From an uncultured Sphingomonas sp. (GTDB lineage Bacteria; Pseudomonadota; Alphaproteobacteria; Sphingomonadales; Sphingomonadaceae), in assembly GCA_913775975.1 (NCBI GenBank), contig CAJYLQ010000048.1, positions 1,292 to 65,291 of the forward strand: a stretch of 64,000 nucleotides of DNA. The letters are read 5' to 3'. Shown here piece after piece: positions 48,666-57,240 of the stretch (its first letter is position 1; each line of letters starts with the position of its first letter). Position numbers and translations under genes: made by a program. The notes under the pieces are model-generated. The model worked only from the letters and a program-made list of their open reading frames with translations, was not told the DNA's origin and ran no database searches.

Positions 48666-51173
48666 TCACGCGAGCGTCAGCCCCACCGCCCGCAGCGGCT
48701 CCGCCCCTTGCAGGAAATAGCGGCGCGCGATCGCGTCCGACAGCGTCGCCAGCCGCCGCTCCACGTCGAGCAGCGTCGCCGCGTCCAGCGTCGCTGCGGT
48801 CGCGGTTTCCACGATCGCGTGCAGCTGGATCGCCTGGGCCTGTTGCGGCTCGGCCATCTCGTCATCGCCCAGCACGGGCAGCTGCGCGAGGCGCTGGCGG
48901 ATACGCTGCGACTGGAAGGCGAGGCCGCGCGGATTGTTGGGGTCGAGCGCGACGAGATCGACCACCGCGACGCGGGCGAGGCCGCCCGGATAGCGCTGGC
49001 GATAGCTGATCTGGCTGTCGGCGAGGTCGAGCAGCGTCGACAGGTCGTCCGGCCCGCGCCCCTCTTGCTCGGGCCCGTCCAGCCCGAACAGGCGGACGGC
49101 GCGGGCGATGCCGATCGCCCGTTCGATCCGGCGGCCCAGATCGTGGAAGCGCCACGAATCGTTGCGGACCATATGTTCGGCATACAGGCCGGCGATCGCG
49201 GCGTAGCGGCGCTGGAGGGAGCCTGCGCGTTCCAGCAGGCCGCGCTGCGTGGGGAAGGGCGCCTCCAGCAGGCGTACCATGTCGGCCGGCAGGCGATCGC
49301 GCGATGCCTCCCCGATCCCGCGCGCATCGCGGTTGATCCGCGCGACCGAGGCGGTGTCCGGCCCCTCCATCGCGACGCGGGCGAAGGCGGTCAGCGCGGC
49401 GCGCGACAGGCCACCGGGCGCGCTGCCGGGCGAAGGCGCGGCGCCGCTGTCCGCGATCATGCCGACGAGGCGGCCGACGGTGGCGGGGGGCAGCACGGCG
49501 GCGCCGTCCGCGTCGATCGAATGGCCCATCAGCACGCGGATCGCGCCGAGCAGCGCCTCCCCCCGTTCCAGATAGCGGCCCAGCCAGAAGACGTTGTCGG
49601 CGACGCGGCTGGGCAGCGTGCCGGGATTGCGGCGGACATGCTGCGAATCGGGCGCGGTGAGCAGCGAGACGGGGGCGACCGGGTCCGGCCCGTGGACGCA
49701 GACATCGGCGGACCACAGCCCCTCGCCGATCGCCGCCGCGCTCGCCTCCGCCGTCGCGCCGATCCGGCCGAAGCCGCCGGGCATCACGACCCAGCCGCCA
49801 TCCGCGCCGCGCGCGACGAAGACGCGCAGCGTGAAGGGGCGCGGCACCAGCCGGTCGTCGACCACGGCGGGCATGGTCGACAGCCGCACCTCCTCCTGCC
49901 CGACATAGTCCTGCGGGCGGCGGGCCATGTCGGCGAGCAACGCGGCGCGCGCCGCGCCGTCCAGCGTGGCGCCCAGCACGGGCGTTCCGCCGGGGAGGCC
50001 GAGGGGCGCGGGGCCGAAGGCGGGGGCGATCGTCAGCCGGTCCAGCACCGCCTCGACATGCGCGCGCTCCGCCGCGCCGCCGCACCACCAGGTCGCGATG
50101 TTGGGCAACAGCAGCGGCGCGCCCAGCACCCGCTCCGCCAGCGCGGGCAGGAACGCGGCGAAGGCGCGCGCTTCCAGAAGGCCCGCGCCGGGCGCGTTGG
50201 CGATGACGACGCTGCCGCCCTCATAGGCGTCGATCAGGCCGGGGACGCCGATCTGCGAATGGCTGTCGAGCGCGAGCGGATCGAGGAAGCGCGGGTCCAT
50301 CCGCCGCCACAGCGCGTCGATCCGCTTCAATCCGGCGACGGTGCGGATATAGACGCGCCCCTCCAGCGCGGCGAGGTCCGCCCCCTCGACCAGCAGCAGG
50401 CCGAGATAGCGCGCGAGATGCGCCTGTTCGGGATAGGTCGGGTTGAAGCGGCCGGGCGTCAGCAGCCCGATGCGCGGGTCGGCGCGGCGGCACAGCGCCG
50501 ACAGGCCGGCGCGGAACGCGGCGAAGAAGGGGGCGTGGCGCTGGATGTTCAGCTTCGCCTGCAAGCCGCCCAGCGTGCGGCCGACCGCCAGCCGGTTTTC
50601 CAGCGCATAGCCGGCGCCGGCGGGCGCGCGCAGATGATCGGCCAGGACGCGCCATGCGCCGTCCGGCCCGCGCGCCAGATCCATGCCGACGAATTGCAGA
50701 TGGCGTCCGCCCGGCGGCGTCAGCCCGGCCATCTGGCGGAGGTAAAAGGGGCTGCCGGTGACGAGCGCGGCGGGGATCGCGCCGTCCGCGACCAGCCGCC
50801 CCTCGCCATACAGGTCCGCCAGCACGCGCTCCAGCAGCTCCGCGCGCTGCGTGACGCCCGCCGCGATACCCGCCCATTCGTCGGCCGCGATCAGCAGCGG
50901 GACGGGGCCGACGGGCCAAGGCCGCTCCTCCGCCTCGCCGATGATGCGAAAGCCGGTGCCGATGTCAATCGCGTGGCGCTGCACCCTTTCGCGCGCATGG
51001 TCGAGATCCTCGGCGACGGCGGCCAATTCGGTGAACATCGCGCGCCACGGGGCGGGATCGCCATCGCACAGCACGTCGCCCGGGCCGGATGCGGCGGCGC
51101 GATAGTCCGCGATCCACGCATCGGCATGGGCGCGCGCATCGAACGGGGCATCGGAGGGATCGCCAAGCGCCAT
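48666..51173 (-). CDS. Circularly permuted ATP-grasp type 2 fused to alpha-E (DUF403) domain
   Basis: GAGYALENR, DPLAL..SQIGVPGL, NAPGAG, SRVADNVFWLGRYLER, LGRRIER, NPRGLAFQ. Confidence 0.9.
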   Translation of the reverse strand: MALGDPSDAPFDARAHADAWIADYRAAASGPGDVLCDGDPAPWRAMFTELAAVAEDLDHARERVQRHAIDIGTGFRIIGEAEERPWPVGPVPLLIAADEWAGIAAGVTQRAELLERVLADLYGEGRLVADGAIPAALVTGSPFYLRQMAGLTPPGGRHLQFVGMDLARGPDGAWRVLADHLRAPAGAGYALENRLAVGRTLGGLQAKLNIQRHAPFFAAFRAGLSALCRRADPRIGLLTPGRFNPTYPEQAHLARYLGLLLVEGADLAALEGRVYIRTVAGLKRIDALWRRMDPRFLDPLALDSHSQIGVPGLIDAYEGGSVVIANAPGAGLLEARAFAAFLPALAERVLGAPLLLPNIATWWCGGAAERAHVEAVLDRLTIAPAFGPAPLGLPGGTPVLGATLDGAARAALLADMARRPQDYVGQEEVRLSTMPAVVDDRLVPRPFTLRVFVARGADGGWVVMPGGFGRIGATAEASAAAIGEGLWSADVCVHGPDPVAPVSLLTAPDSQHVRRNPGTLPSRVADNVFWLGRYLERGEALLGAIRVLMGHSIDADGAAVLPPATVGRLVGMIADSGAAPSPGSAPGGLSRAALTAFARVAMEGPDTASVARINRDARGIGEASRDRLPADMVRLLEAPFPTQRGLLERAGSLQRRYAAIAGLYAEHMVRNDSWRFHDLGRRIERAIGIARAVRLFGLDGPEQEGRGPDDLSTLLDLADSQISYRQRYPGGLARVAVVDLVALDPNNPRGLAFQSQRIRQRLAQLPVLGDDEMAEPQQAQAIQLHAIVETATAATLDAATLLDVERRLATLSDAIARRYFLQGAEPLRAVGLTLA

Positions 51174-51408
51174 CGCTGTTGCCCTCTTCCCTCGCTGTCC
51201 CGGCCCCGCGCGGGTCGTCTCACAGGCGGCCCATGGGGGCAACCCGTCTTTTGCGGATAGATTGCCCTTCGGATCGGACGGGCCCCCACCGAGCGGAAGA
51301 CGAGGCTGGCTGAACGGTCCCGATCAGGGCGACGCCTACCGAACGGGCCGGTCCGGTCCGGATCGGGCGGCGAGCATGAGAAATCGCCCGCGACCCTTTG
51401 TGCAATGC

Positions 51409-51434
51409 GGAACGACGGCTTCCCGCCCGACGTT
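51409..51434 (+). promoter_or_regulatory. EcfG-type promoter of glycogen/trehalose operon
   Basis: GGAAC-N17-CGTT. Confidence 0.75.
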
Positions 51435-51473
51435 CAGACGCGCGCTAACCATAGACAATCCAAGGGGGCAGCC

Positions 51474-53576
51474 TTGAGTTCTTATCCCGATCGGCTTGAG
51501 GCCGGTTCACCCTATCCGCTGGGCGCCACCTGTGTGGAAGGGGGCGTGAACTTCGCCGTCTTTTCCGCCAATGCGGAAAAGATCGAGCTGTGCCTGTTCG
51601 ACGATGGCGGCAAGCGAGAGATCGCACGGCTGCCGCTGCCCGAATGCACCGACGAGGTGTGGCACGGCTTCCTCCCCGATGCGGGGCCGGGGCAGCTGTA
51701 CGGCTATCGCGCCTATGGCCCGTACGAGCCCGAACAGGGGCACCGCTTCAACCCGCACAAGCTGCTGCTGGACCCCTATGCCAAGCGGCTGCACGGGCAG
51801 ATCCGCTGGAACGACGCGCTGCACGGCTATCAGGTCCGCTCGAAGAAGGAGGATCTGTCGTTCGACAAGCGCGACAGCGCGCTGATGATGCCCAAGGGCG
51901 TCGTGACCGACGACCATTTCGACTGGTCGCAGGACCGGCGGCCGAACACGTCCTGGTCGGACACCGTCGTCTACGAGGCGCATGTGAAGGGCCTGACCAA
52001 GCTGTTCGAGCTGGTGCCCCCGCAGGAGCGCGGCACCTACAAGGCGCTGGGCCATCCCAAGGTGATCGACCATCTGAAGCGGCTGGGCGTCACCGCGCTG
52101 GAATTGATGCCGATCCACGCCTTCACCCAGGATCGCTTCCTGGTGGAGAAGGGGCTGTCGAACTACTGGGGCTACAACACCCTGTCCTATTTCGCGCCCG
52201 AGCAGCGATACTTCGCGGGCCAGAGCCATGACGAACTGCGCCGTGCGGTGAAGCGGCTGCACGCCGCCGGGATCGAGGTGATCCTGGACGTCGTCTACAA
52301 TCACACCTGCGAGGGATCGGAGAAGGGCCCGACGCTGTCTTGGCGCGGCTTGGACAACGCGACCTATTACCGGCTGGTCAAGGATCAGCCGCGCTATTCG
52401 ATCAACGACACCGGCACCGGCAATACGGTGAATACCGACAAGGCGCGCGTCATCCAGATGATCGCCGATTCGCTGCGCTATTGGGCGACGAGCTTTGGCA
52501 TCGACGGCTTCCGCTTCGACCTGGGGCTGACGCTGGGGCGGACGGAGACGGGGTTCGATCCGGGCCATGCGTTCTTCGACGTGCTGCGGCAGGACCCGGT
52601 GCTCGGCCGGTTGAAGCTGTCGACCGAGCCGTGGGACATCGGGCCGGGCGGATACCAGCTGGGCAACTTTCCGCCCGGCTTCGGCGAATGGAACGACAAG
52701 TATCGCGATACCGTGCGCAAGTTCTGGCGCGGCGACCAGAGCCAGCGCGGCGATCTGGCGGCGCGGCTGTCGGGGTCGGGCGACCTGTTCGACCGGCGCG
52801 CGCGGCGGCCCTGGGCGAGCGTCAACCTGCTGGCCGCGCATGACGGTTTCACGCTGTACGACACCGTCGCCTACGAACAGCGCCACAACGAGGCGAACAA
52901 GGAGGACAATCGCGACGGTCACTCCGAAAACTACAGCCGCAACTGGGGCGCGGAGGGCGAGACCGAGGACGAAGGCGTCAAGGCGACGCGCGCGACCGTG
53001 CAGCGGTCGATGCTGACGACGCTGTTCGCCTCGCTCGGTACGCCGATGCTGGTCGCGGGCGACGAGTTCGGGCGCAGCCAGGGCGGCAACAACAACGCCT
53101 ATTGCCAGGATGACGAGATCAGCTGGCTCGACTGGTCGAAGATGGAGACGGAGGAAGGCAAGTCGCTGTTCGCCTTCACCAGTCGCCTCACCGCGCTGCG
53201 CCGCCGGTACGAGGTGCTGCGCGCCAAGTCGTTCCTCTACGGGCAGGATGCGGCCGGGCAGGGCGTCAACGATATCGAATGGTGGGACGAGCGCGGGCAG
53301 CAGCTGTCGCCCGACGACTGGAACAACCCGGAGGGCCGCGCCCTCGTGATGCGCCGCGCGATGAAGCGTGACGACGGCAAGGTGGAGGCGGTGACGCTGC
53401 TGCTGAACGGGTCGGAGGATCAGCTGACCTTCAACTTCCCGCCGCCCGAACATGCCAAGCGCATCGTCCTGATCGACAGCAGCAACCCGGAAATCGACGG
53501 GCTGGAGATCGAGGACAGCTACGACCTGCCCGCGCATGGCGCGGCGCTGGTCGCGTGGGAGCTGGAGGCGGAATGA
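51474..53576 (+). CDS. glgX: Glycogen debranching enzyme
   Basis: PYPLGA, NYWGYN, DVVYNH, DGFRFDL, GNNNAYCQD; TTG start. Confidence 0.96.
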   Translation: MSSYPDRLEAGSPYPLGATCVEGGVNFAVFSANAEKIELCLFDDGGKREIARLPLPECTDEVWHGFLPDAGPGQLYGYRAYGPYEPEQGHRFNPHKLLLDPYAKRLHGQIRWNDALHGYQVRSKKEDLSFDKRDSALMMPKGVVTDDHFDWSQDRRPNTSWSDTVVYEAHVKGLTKLFELVPPQERGTYKALGHPKVIDHLKRLGVTALELMPIHAFTQDRFLVEKGLSNYWGYNTLSYFAPEQRYFAGQSHDELRRAVKRLHAAGIEVILDVVYNHTCEGSEKGPTLSWRGLDNATYYRLVKDQPRYSINDTGTGNTVNTDKARVIQMIADSLRYWATSFGIDGFRFDLGLTLGRTETGFDPGHAFFDVLRQDPVLGRLKLSTEPWDIGPGGYQLGNFPPGFGEWNDKYRDTVRKFWRGDQSQRGDLAARLSGSGDLFDRRARRPWASVNLLAAHDGFTLYDTVAYEQRHNEANKEDNRDGHSENYSRNWGAEGETEDEGVKATRATVQRSMLTTLFASLGTPMLVAGDEFGRSQGGNNNAYCQDDEISWLDWSKMETEEGKSLFAFTSRLTALRRRYEVLRAKSFLYGQDAAGQGVNDIEWWDERGQQLSPDDWNNPEGRALVMRRAMKRDDGKVEAVTLLLNGSEDQLTFNFPPPEHAKRIVLIDSSNPEIDGLEIEDSYDLPAHGAALVAWELEAE

Positions 53577-55273
53577 GCGGCTGGGGTCCGGTACTGGACG
53601 CGGGCGGCACCCGCTTTCGCTTGTGGGCGCCCGATGCCGACGGCGTGACGCTGGAGGTGGACGGGCGCGACCCGCAGCCGATGACGGCGGGCGAGGATGG
53701 CTGGTACGGCGCCGACACGGATGTCGGCGCGGGCGCGCGCTATCACTTCCGCATCGGTGACATGGCGGTGCCGGACCCGGCATCGCGCGCGCAGGACGGC
53801 GGCGTCGATGGCTGGAGCGTCGTGGTCGATCCCGGCGCCTATCGCTGGCGGAGCGACGACTGGCGCGGCCTGCCCTGGGAGGCGATGGTGATCGAGGAGC
53901 GGCATGTCGGCCTCGATGGCGGCTTTGCGGGCCTCATGGAAAAGCTGCCCGCCATCGCGGCGCGCGGCATAACCGCGATCGAGCTGATGCCGGTCAACGC
54001 CTTCGCCGGGACGCGCAACTGGGGCTATGACGGGGTGCTGCCCTATGCGCCCGCGGAGGCATACGGCTCGCCGGACGAGATGAAGGCGCTGATCGACCGC
54101 GCGCACGAACTGGGCGTCAGCGTGTTCCTGGACGTCGTGTACAATCACTTCGGACCGGCGGGCAATTATCTGGGCGCCTATGCGTCCGAATTCTTCCATC
54201 CCGAGGTGAAGACGCCATGGGGCGGGGCGGTGGCGGTGGATGCCGATCCGCCGCGCCGCTTCTTCATCGACAATGCGCTGATGTGGCTGCGCGAATACCG
54301 GATCGATGGGCTGCGCTTCGATGCGGTCCATGCCATCGCCAATGACGGCTTCCTCGATGCGATGGCGGCGGAACTGCGCGCCAGCGTCGACCGGCCGGTG
54401 CATCTGGTGCTGGAGAACGAGAAGAACGACGCCGGGCGGCTGGCGCCCGGCAAGTATGACGCGCAGTGGAACGACGATTTCCACAACGTCCTGCACGTGA
54501 TGCTGACCGGCGAGACGGACGCTTATTATGCCGACTTCGCCGATCGGGTGGAGGAACGGCTGGCGCGCTGCCTGTCGCAAGGCTTCATCTATCAGGGCGA
54601 GAGCTCGGTGAACCATGACGGCAAGCCGCGCGGGACGCCATCGGCGCATCTGCCGCCCGGCGCCTTCGTGTCGTTCCTGCAAAACCACGACCAGATCGGC
54701 AATCGCGCGCTGGGCGAGCGGCTGACGCGGCTGGTCGATCCGGCGCGGCTGCGCGCGGCGACGCTGCTGCTGCTGCTGTCGCCGCAGATCCCGCTGATCT
54801 TCATGGGCGATGCGACGGGATCGCGAACGCCGTTCCTGTTCTTCACCGATTTCCATGACGAGCTGGCGGATGCGGTGCGCGAGGGCCGGCGGGGCGAGTT
54901 CGCCAAGTTCGCCGCCTTCGCCGATCCCGAAAAGCGCGACGCGATTCCCGACCCCAATGCGCGCGAGACGTTCGAACGGTCCCGGCCCGAGGACGGCGAT
55001 GACGCGGGCGACTGGGAAAGCCTGTACCGCGACCTTATCACCGTGCGGCGCGACCGCCTCGTCCCGAGGCTGAAGGGTGCGCGCAGCGAGGGGGCAGAGA
55101 TGATCGGGGACAAGGCGGTTTGCGCGCGCTGGCGGCTGGGTGACGGGGCGCTGCTGACGATCGCGCTCAATCTGGGGGCGGAGCAGGTCGAGGTGCCGGC
55201 GGGCGAGCCGATCGCCGCCGAGGGGCGGCCGGGCGCGCCCGGCAGCGCGGCGGCGTGGCTGGCGGAAGCATGA
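53573..55273 (+). CDS. treZ: Malto-oligosyltrehalose trehalohydrolase
   Basis: RNWGYDG, DGLRFDAVH, QNHDQIGNR. Confidence 0.94.
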   Translation: MSGWGPVLDAGGTRFRLWAPDADGVTLEVDGRDPQPMTAGEDGWYGADTDVGAGARYHFRIGDMAVPDPASRAQDGGVDGWSVVVDPGAYRWRSDDWRGLPWEAMVIEERHVGLDGGFAGLMEKLPAIAARGITAIELMPVNAFAGTRNWGYDGVLPYAPAEAYGSPDEMKALIDRAHELGVSVFLDVVYNHFGPAGNYLGAYASEFFHPEVKTPWGGAVAVDADPPRRFFIDNALMWLREYRIDGLRFDAVHAIANDGFLDAMAAELRASVDRPVHLVLENEKNDAGRLAPGKYDAQWNDDFHNVLHVMLTGETDAYYADFADRVEERLARCLSQGFIYQGESSVNHDGKPRGTPSAHLPPGAFVSFLQNHDQIGNRALGERLTRLVDPARLRAATLLLLLSPQIPLIFMGDATGSRTPFLFFTDFHDELADAVREGRRGEFAKFAAFADPEKRDAIPDPNARETFERSRPEDGDDAGDWESLYRDLITVRRDRLVPRLKGARSEGAEMIGDKAVCARWRLGDGALLTIALNLGAEQVEVPAGEPIAAEGRPGAPGSAAAWLAEA

Positions 55274-57240
55274 GCGCGCTGCACGGGCTGGCCGAGGCGG
55301 CCGGGTTGCAGGTCGACTGGACCGACGCCGGTGGCAAGGCGCAGCGCGTCGAGGACGAGGCGCTGCGCAAGGTGCTGACCGCGCTCGGCTATGCGGCGGA
55401 AAGCGATGCGGCGGTGGCGGAATTGGTCGCACGGATCGGCGGCGATCAGGCGGCGGAGGATGCCGCGTTCGTCTCCGGCGACGTCGGGCAGCCGATCCGC
55501 CTGCCGCGTGGTGGGCGCGGGCAACTGGTGCTGGACGACGGCACGCGGATCGACGTGACGGGCGACACGCTGCCTCCGATCGACCGGCCCGGCTATCACC
55601 GGCTGGAAACGGATGGGCGCGAGGTGATGGTGGCGGTGGCGCCGCCGCGCTGCTTCACGGTGGAGGATGCCGCGCCCGGCCGCCGCATCTGGGGGCCGGC
55701 GGTGCAGATTCCGGCCCTGCGCGACGGGCGCGACACCGCGTTCGGCGATTTCACCACGCTGGCCCGCAGCGCCGCCGCCTTTGCAGAAGGCGGGGCGGAT
55801 GCGCTGGCGATGAGCCCGGTCCACGCGCTCTTCCCGGCCGATGCGGGGCGGTACAGCCCCTATGCGCCGTCGAGCCGGTTGTTCCTGAACGTCCTCTATG
55901 CCGATCCGGGGCTGGTCGGCCATGCGGTGACGGGCGAGGATGCGCCGGACCTGATCGACTGGGCCAATGCGATCCCGCAGCGGATGGGCAAGCTGCGCGC
56001 CGCGTTCGAGGCGCGGACGGATGCGATCCGCGATGCCGTGGCGGCCTTTGCCGAGAAGGGCGGCGAGGAATTGCGGCGCCATGCGCGTTTCGATGCGCTG
56101 CACGCGCATTTCCTGCCCGATGGCGCCTATGGCTGGCAGGCCTGGCCCGCCGCCTTCCACGACCCGGCGGGTCAGGCGGTGGCGGAGTGGGCGCGAAGCC
56201 ATGCCGAGGAGGTGGACTTCTACCTGTTCTGTCAGTGGCTGGCCGATCTCAGCCTCGCGCAAGCGCAGAAGGCCGCGAAGGATGCCGGCATGGCGCTGGG
56301 CCTGATCGCGGATCTGGCGGTGGGGATGGATGCGGGCGGCAGCCATGCGTGGAGCCGGCCGGACGACCTGATCACCGGCCTGTCGATCGGCGCGCCGCCC
56401 GATATCCTGGGGCCGGAGGGGCAGAATTGGGGCATCACCGGCTTTTCCCCGCAGGCGCTGAAGGCGCGCGGGTTCGAGCCGTTCCGCGCGACGATCCGCG
56501 CCGCGCTGGCGCATGCGGGCGGTATCCGCATCGACCACGCGATGGGGCTGCAACGGCTGTGGGTGGTGCCGGACGGCGGATCGGCGGCGGAGGGGGCGTA
56601 TCTGTCCTATCCGGTCGACGACATGCTGCGCGTGCTGGCGATCGAGAGCCATGCGGCCGAGGCGGTGGTGATCGGGGAGGATCTGGGCACCGTTCCCGAT
56701 GGCTTCCGCCCGCGCATGGATGCGCGCGGGATGCTGGGAATGCGCGTCATGCCCTTCGAGATGGAGGGCGACCGCCTGATCGCGCCCGATCGCTACGACG
56801 CGCAGGCGGCGGCGATGACGGGGACGCACGACCTGCCGACCATGGCGGGCTGGTGGCTGGGCCGCGAGCTGGACTGGAACGAGAAGCTGGGGCGTGGCCG
56901 CCCCGACCATGCGGCCAACCGGCGTGAGCGGGCCGAACAGCGCGCCGGCTGGTGGCAAAGCTTCGTCGCGGCGGGCGTCGCGTCCGGCCCGCAGCCGGCG
57001 GACGATGATCCCGCGCCGGTGGTCGATGCCGCGATCGGCTTCGTCGGAAAGACGCCGTGCGACCTCGTCATCCTGCCGATGGAGGACGTGCTGGGGCTGG
57101 TGGAACAGCCGAACCTGCCCGGCACGACACACGAACATCCCAACTGGCGGCGGCGGATGCCCGTCGCCACCGACGCCGGCCTGGCGGCGCAGCCCGCCGC
57201 CACGCATCTCGACACGATCAGGAAAGCCCGAACGCCATGA
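55270..57240 (+). CDS. malQ: 4-alpha-glucanotransferase
   Basis: SPYAPSSR, DLAVG, RIDH, GEDLG, THD, NWRRR. Confidence 0.94.
   Translation: MSALHGLAEAAGLQVDWTDAGGKAQRVEDEALRKVLTALGYAAESDAAVAELVARIGGDQAAEDAAFVSGDVGQPIRLPRGGRGQLVLDDGTRIDVTGDTLPPIDRPGYHRLETDGREVMVAVAPPRCFTVEDAAPGRRIWGPAVQIPALRDGRDTAFGDFTTLARSAAAFAEGGADALAMSPVHALFPADAGRYSPYAPSSRLFLNVLYADPGLVGHAVTGEDAPDLIDWANAIPQRMGKLRAAFEARTDAIRDAVAAFAEKGGEELRRHARFDALHAHFLPDGAYGWQAWPAAFHDPAGQAVAEWARSHAEEVDFYLFCQWLADLSLAQAQKAAKDAGMALGLIADLAVGMDAGGSHAWSRPDDLITGLSIGAPPDILGPEGQNWGITGFSPQALKARGFEPFRATIRAALAHAGGIRIDHAMGLQRLWVVPDGGSAAEGAYLSYPVDDMLRVLAIESHAAEAVVIGEDLGTVPDGFRPRMDARGMLGMRVMPFEMEGDRLIAPDRYDAQAAAMTGTHDLPTMAGWWLGRELDWNEKLGRGRPDHAANRRERAEQRAGWWQSFVAAGVASGPQPADDDPAPVVDAAIGFVGKTPCDLVILPMEDVLGLVEQPNLPGTTHEHPNWRRRMPVATDAGLAAQPAATHLDTIRKARTP

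Noticed and set aside
51180-51400. Possible riboswitch upstream of the ATP-grasp gene
   Set aside because: Imperfect hairpins are present, but I recognise no aptamer consensus or expression platform.
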